NCBI RefSeq assembly: GCF_006345805.1
Contig: NW_021827168.1
Span: forward strand, 1 to 11,013
Source of the DNA: Octopus sinensis
Lineage: Eukaryota
DNA: 11,013 nucleotides
Direction: 5' to 3'
A program made the translations under genes and the position numbers. Positions 6,986 through 11,013 of the stretch are shown here, one piece after another. Position 1 is the stretch's first letter, and the number at the start of each line of letters is the position of its first letter. Under the pieces are notes generated by a model. It was not told where the DNA came from and did not search any database. It saw only the letters and a list, made by a program, of their open reading frames with translations.

Positions 6986-7167
6986 TATATATATACACAT
7001 ATACACGACGGTCTTCTTTAAGTGTCCGTCTAGCAAATCCACTCACAAAGCTCTGGTAGGCCCGAGGTTAATGAAAAGAACACTTGCCCAAAGTGCCACT
7101 CAGTGGCACTGAACCCGGAACCATGAGGTTGGGAAGCAATCTTCTTATAACAGCCAATCCTCAGCCT

Positions 7168-7178
7168 ACATACATACA

Positions 7179-7213
<35 letters not shown>

Positions 7214-7227
7214 TATATATATATATA
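7168..7227. repeat. (ACAT)n-(AT)n microsatellite
   Basis: Direct reading. Confidence 0.93.
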
Positions 7228-7562
7228 GGGTAAATGTTTTTAATTTTCATTTCCCTTTCAAAATTACTATTAGTGGTTTGTAGTTTAACTACTCTTTCTA
7301 GTGAGTCAGATTCGTGTAATGGCCATCTCTTGTGTTTTTTAAATGTACACTGTATTTTATATAAATGTATTTATGTGTGTGTGCATGTATGTATGTATGT
7401 ATATATAACTCCGAAAATGACTGATGACAGAACACGGTTTTTTGTCTTTTTTGTGGTTGAATTTAGTTTAATGTAAACAAAGGAGACGAAGTAAGCTATG
7501 TAATTAACTATGATGAATAGGAATCAATGTCTTTATACGTGTGCGCGAGCGCGATGTGTGTG

Positions 7563-7727
7563 CGTGTATGGTGTGGCTGTGTGATAAGAAGTTTGGCTCT
7601 CAATCACATGGTTCTAGGTTCATTCCCACTGCGCGGCACCTCCAGCAATTTTCTCATACTATAGCCTCTTCGGCTGACCAAAGCTCTGTGAATGAATTTG
7701 ATTGATGGAATCTGAAAGAAGCTCGTC
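7563..7727 (+). mobile_element. SINE family 1, 5' part
   Basis: GTGGCTGTGTGATAAGAAG..CACATGGTTCTAGGTTCATTCCCACTGCGCGGCACC..CTGAAAGAAGCTCGTC aligns to the other family-1 heads. Confidence 0.85.
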
Positions 7728-7731
7728 AGAA

Positions 7732-7734
7732 ACA

Positions 7735-7774
<40 letters not shown>

Positions 7775-7801
7775 ACACACACACACCACACACACACACA
7801 C
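7732..7801. repeat. (CA)n microsatellite
   Basis: Direct reading. Confidence 0.95.
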
Positions 7802-7818
7802 ATTATATATGTATATCG

Positions 7819-8179
7819 CGGCACTCCGTCGGTTACGACGACTATGATTCCAGTTGATCCGATCAACGGAGCAGCCTACTCGTGAAATTAACGTGTAAGT
7901 GGTTGAGCACTCCACAGACACGTGTACCCTTAACGATTCAACATGACAGTGTGACAAAGCTGGCCTTTTGAAACACAGGTACAACAGAAACAGATAGAAA
8001 GAGTGAGAGAAAGTTGTGGTAAAAGAGTACAGCAGGATTCGCCACCATCGACTGCCGGAGCCTCGTGGAGCTTTAAGTGTTTTCGTTCAATATACACTCA
8101 CAACGCCCGGTCTGGGAATCGAAACCGCGATCTTTCGACCGCGAGTCCGCTGCCTTAACCATTGGGCCATTGCGCCTCC
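7819..8179 (-). mobile_element. tRNA-derived SINE family 3 (distinct head, 3' tail shared with family 2)
   Basis: Minus-strand A box TGGCCCAATGG (8169-8159) and B-box-like GTTTCGATTCC (8125-8115). 7985 to 7821 aligns to 3830-4002 apart from a ~14-nt deletion. Confidence 0.85.
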
Positions 8180-8200
8180 ACACACATACAGACAGGTGTT

Positions 8201-8450
8201 TTTTTAAATTCAAAATGGAGACAAACAACATTCCTCCATGTTATCGGCTTGAAAATTTGTTGAGATATTAAGATAATTTTCTATTTTTCTTCACCAATGA
8301 TAACCTTAATTCAGAAATAAAGAAATTCTATCCACCAATGTGGTATTAAGCACTCATTTTCATCGTTTGATATTTAAGTATATATACATGGATACTCGGG
8401 ATTTTAACTCAAGACCTGTACCTTCATGGAAGTACCAACCAACATCCATA
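8201..8450 (+). pseudogene. Heavily decayed Penelope-like RT relic (tentative)
   Basis: From 8263 one frame reads RY*DNFLFFFTNDNLNSEIKKFYPP, resembling the PLE palm RY(I/L)DD..N..YP. TAA and AAT are each one substitution from TTA (Leu) and GAT (Asp). 8382-8420 in another frame reads IYMDTRDFNSRPV, with the same spacing as the LYDKRDDFxFxIV motif I recall from mollusc PLE RTs. Stops, frameshifts and shortened spacers are present. Confidence 0.45.
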
Positions 8451-8585
8451 TCCTCTGGAAAAAGATGAGCTGTGGACATTATTCTAACTACTTGTACTCT
8501 TTATTCTTCTATTCTATTCTTTATAAATTGTGAATTTTATTCCTTGTAAACTGTAAATTTTTCCTGTCTAAAATATTCATACCTT

Positions 8586-8640
8586 GTCTCTGATAACGGG
8601 ACACCCAGTACACGGGTTATCCCAGAAACGGCCGTAAGAC
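8586..8640 (+). ncRNA. Type I hammerhead motif HH-E (probably decayed)
   Basis: GTCT (8586-8589), CTGATAA (G8-to-A lesion), C, stem II GGGACACCC/GGGTTATCCC around loop AGTACAC, A, GAAA (8625-8628), palindromic ACGGCCGT, GTA with cut after 8636, AGAC (8637-8640). Confidence 0.72.
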
Positions 8641-8710
8641 TTCAAATTAAATTACTGTAAATGACTTGAGATACTCGTTCTGCCTTGGTTTTGATTTTTC
8701 CTCTAATACG

Positions 8711-8780
8711 ATATAATATAATATAATATTATATAATATAATATAATATGATATAATATAATATAATATGATATAATATA

Positions 8781-8820
<40 letters not shown>

Positions 8821-8822
8821 AT
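8711..8822. repeat. (ATATA)n with 20-bp higher-order period, then (AT)n and (GT)n
   Basis: Unit ATATAATATAATATAATAT(T/G) x~3.5 at 8711-8784. Confidence 0.9.
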
Positions 8823-9159
8823 GTATTATTTTTTACTTGTTTCAGTTATTTCACTGCGGTGGCAAAGCCTTGAAGAGTTTTAGTCGAACAGATCAATTTT
8901 ATTCTTAAAGCCTGGTACTTAGTCTATTGGTTTCTTTTGCCGAACCGCTAAATTACATGGACGTAAACATCAACACCGGTTGTCAGACGGTAATGGGAGA
9001 TAAGCACAGACACAAAGACATACACACATAGATATGTACAACTTCTATAGCCCAAAACTGTATTAGAGGACACATGCCCAAGGTGCCACTCAGTGGAATT
9101 GAATCCAGAACCATGTGTTTGGGAAGCTAACTTCTTACCACACAGCCACGCTTGTGCCT
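8823..9159 (-). mobile_element. SINE family 1, near full-length with internal deletions
   Basis: Head AGGCACAAGCGTGGCTGTGTGGTAAGAAG..GGTTCTGGATTCAATTCCACTGAGTGGCACCTTGGGCA; tail ends CCGCAGTGAAATAACTGAAACAAGTAAAAAA. Confidence 0.85.
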
Positions 9160-9555
9160 TATATATGGAGTACTATTTTAGTCCATCTTATCATCACGGA
9201 ACAGTAGATTATATATATATACATATTAAAATTATAAATAAGTGTATTCAAGAGATACCACCATGCTTAAAATAGTCAAAACCTGACTATAAATACACAT
9301 CAAGTGTTCAATACAGTACAAGGTGAAAAAGTAGGTTTATCTTTATTTATATAGAATTATATATTTATATTTATATTCGCTTCGCCATTATATTCACTGC
9401 GGTGGTATTTTGACCACACAGCACATGGTGTCTGGATGGATAACTGAATTGGTCGTTCTATTTACATGCATATATATGTATATACACATGCGTATACGTA
9501 AGTATTCGTATGTTTGTATGCATATATATATGCAATAATGTACAATTCTTGGTAT

Positions 9556-9613
9556 ATCTCACTGACAAAGGCAAAGTATTTTTATAAAGAGACAGAAACC
9601 CAGCGTCTGGAAT
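9556..9613 (+). other. Possible degenerate hammerhead remnant HH-F
   Basis: CTGACAA (9562-9568), GAAAC (9595-9599), GTC (9605-9607), imperfect stem I ATCTCA/TGGAAT. No foldable stem II and stem III is not palindromic. Confidence 0.3.
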
Positions 9614-9846
9614 TATCCAGTTTTTACTGGTTTAGCTGTTTGTCTTTTTACCTTGTGCTGTATTGAACACTTGATGTGGTTTTTAGAGTCAGATTTTGAC
9701 AGCTATTCCAAGCATGGTGGCATCTCTTAGATACCCTTATTTATAATTTTAATAATAATTATAACCTACAAGGTTTTTTTCCCATGTTGTAACTTGATTT
9801 GATCGTTGTTTAAAATAATGATCTCATCCTTATTCATATAGTAATT

Positions 9847-10105
9847 TACACACACAGACACAGACACACACACACACATATATATATAAACACATATATA
9901 TATATATACATATATATATACACACACATACATATATATATATAACATATATATGTATATATATATGTATATATATATATATTTATATACATATGATATA
10001 TATATATTATATGTATATAAATATATATATATATATATATATAACATACATATACATATATACAGAGTTAGATTGACAGACAAATAAACAGACAGACAAG
10101 CAGGC

Positions 10106-10142
<37 letters not shown>

Positions 10143-10328
10143 CATAGATACATACATACATACATACATACATACATACAAACATACATAGGGAACTAGA
10201 GAAATAGATAGATAGATAAACAAAGGAATAGATAGAAAGACAGGCAGGCATATATATATATATATATTATAAATATGTTTGTATATTAAATAGATAGATA
10301 GATAGACAAACAGACAGGCAGGTAAATG

Positions 10329-10406
<78 letters not shown>

Positions 10407-10464
10407 TATAGATATAGATAGATAGATAGATAGATGATAGAAAGAAAGATAGATAGACAGACAT

Positions 10465-10497
<33 letters not shown>

Positions 10498-10519
10498 AAG
10501 ATAGATAGATAGATAGATG

Positions 10520-10559
<40 letters not shown>

Positions 10560-10560
10560 T

Positions 10561-10600
<40 letters not shown>

Positions 10601-10622
10601 CCATGTAGATAGATAGATAGAT
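9847..10622. repeat. ~775-bp compound microsatellite (CA, AT, GACA, GATA, ACAT)
   Basis: Direct reading. Confidence 0.95.
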
Positions 10623-11013
10623 AAATGTTAATCCTGCGTTTCTTTCAGAAAGCTTTCACTTCAAACTATTGGGCACTTCCAAGATTGCTTCCTATGGTTT
10701 GCTTGCATAGCATTGTAATGCATAATTCTAGAATTTACAATGCTGTACATAAGTTCTACTTAGCACTTTTCATTCTAGTGTGTCTGATTGACAATTTAGA
10801 CTTAATATCGTTGGAAACACTCATAAAAATATTTCTTCGCTCAACTCCGTTTCACAAGAGGCGCACCTCTTTCTTTACCGTTAAACCGAAAGCGAACATA
10901 CCGTCAATATGCTCTTCATTTATAAATATATATTAAAATGTCAAAGGATTTAACCACTATAAAGTGAAACTCTTTACGTATTTGAGACAGGGGTTTTTAA
11001 AGCTTTCTCAATT

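Larger units (their letters stand above)
6533..7167 (-). mobile_element. SINE family 1, full-length composite interrupted by a nested insertion
   Basis: Head 7167 to ~7005 (AGGCTGAGGATTGGCTG..GGTTCCGGGTTCAGTGCCACTGAGTGGCACTTTGGGCAAGTG), tail ~6750 to 6533 ending CATGGCCGCAGTCAAATTACTGAAACAAGTAAAA. Unrelated sequence occupies ~6752-6985. Confidence 0.87.

Noticed and set aside
7421-7427. CTGATGA on the plus strand
   Set aside because: No correctly placed GAAA, stem III or stem I downstream.
8385-8487. Frame reading WILGILTQDLYLHG, loosely like a GIY-YIG C-terminus
   Set aside because: Similarity is too weak, and it overlaps the better-fitting RT motif in another frame.
4360-8640. CRISPR-like or regularly spaced array interpretation of the recurring motifs
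   Set aside because: Spacing is irregular, the repeats are not identical, no cas genes are present, and the context is eukaryotic.
10840-10890. 6-bp hairpin AAGAGG/CCTCTT (10856-10871) near a minus-strand GAAAC
   Set aside because: No CUGANGA core, and a short hairpin is expected by chance.
10625-10936. 103-aa ORF with a good splice-acceptor-like TTTCTTTCAG at 10639-10648
   Set aside because: No recognisable protein in any frame and only a weak donor (G|GTTTGC at 10696/10697). A small host exon cannot be excluded without RNA-seq or a BLASTX hit.

Overview
AT-rich, microsatellite-dense animal genomic DNA, most likely intronic or intergenic. The SINE-type repeats look like those I recall from Octopus (coleoid cephalopod) genomes; this is recognition from memory, not a database result. 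I find no supportable host gene, and most ORF-track entries are translations of simple repeats. Recognisable content: (1) a young, 5'-truncated CR1-like LINE (minus strand, 1635-2731) with an RT C-terminal frame that has an intact FADD motif, flanked on both sides by (ATT)n; (2) about eight tRNA-derived SINE copies from at least three families, one with a 14-bp target-site duplication; (3) two long zero-spacer palindromes (199-406 and 5293-5611). The main unannotated signal is a cluster of type I hammerhead ribozyme motifs with the short, self-complementary stem III typical of Penelope-like elements (PLEs) and retrozymes. There are six well-formed motifs between 4360 and 8640 and one doubtful motif near 9560. 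Two are mirror copies inside a palindrome with perfect 139-bp arms, two share an identical stem III 620 nt apart, and one lies downstream of a decayed PLE-type RT relic. The LINE and the most abundant SINE family share the same 3'-end architecture (CATGGCC-NN-hairpin-GAAACA), suggesting a LINE/SINE partner pair. All structures were folded by eye and none has been tested for activity.
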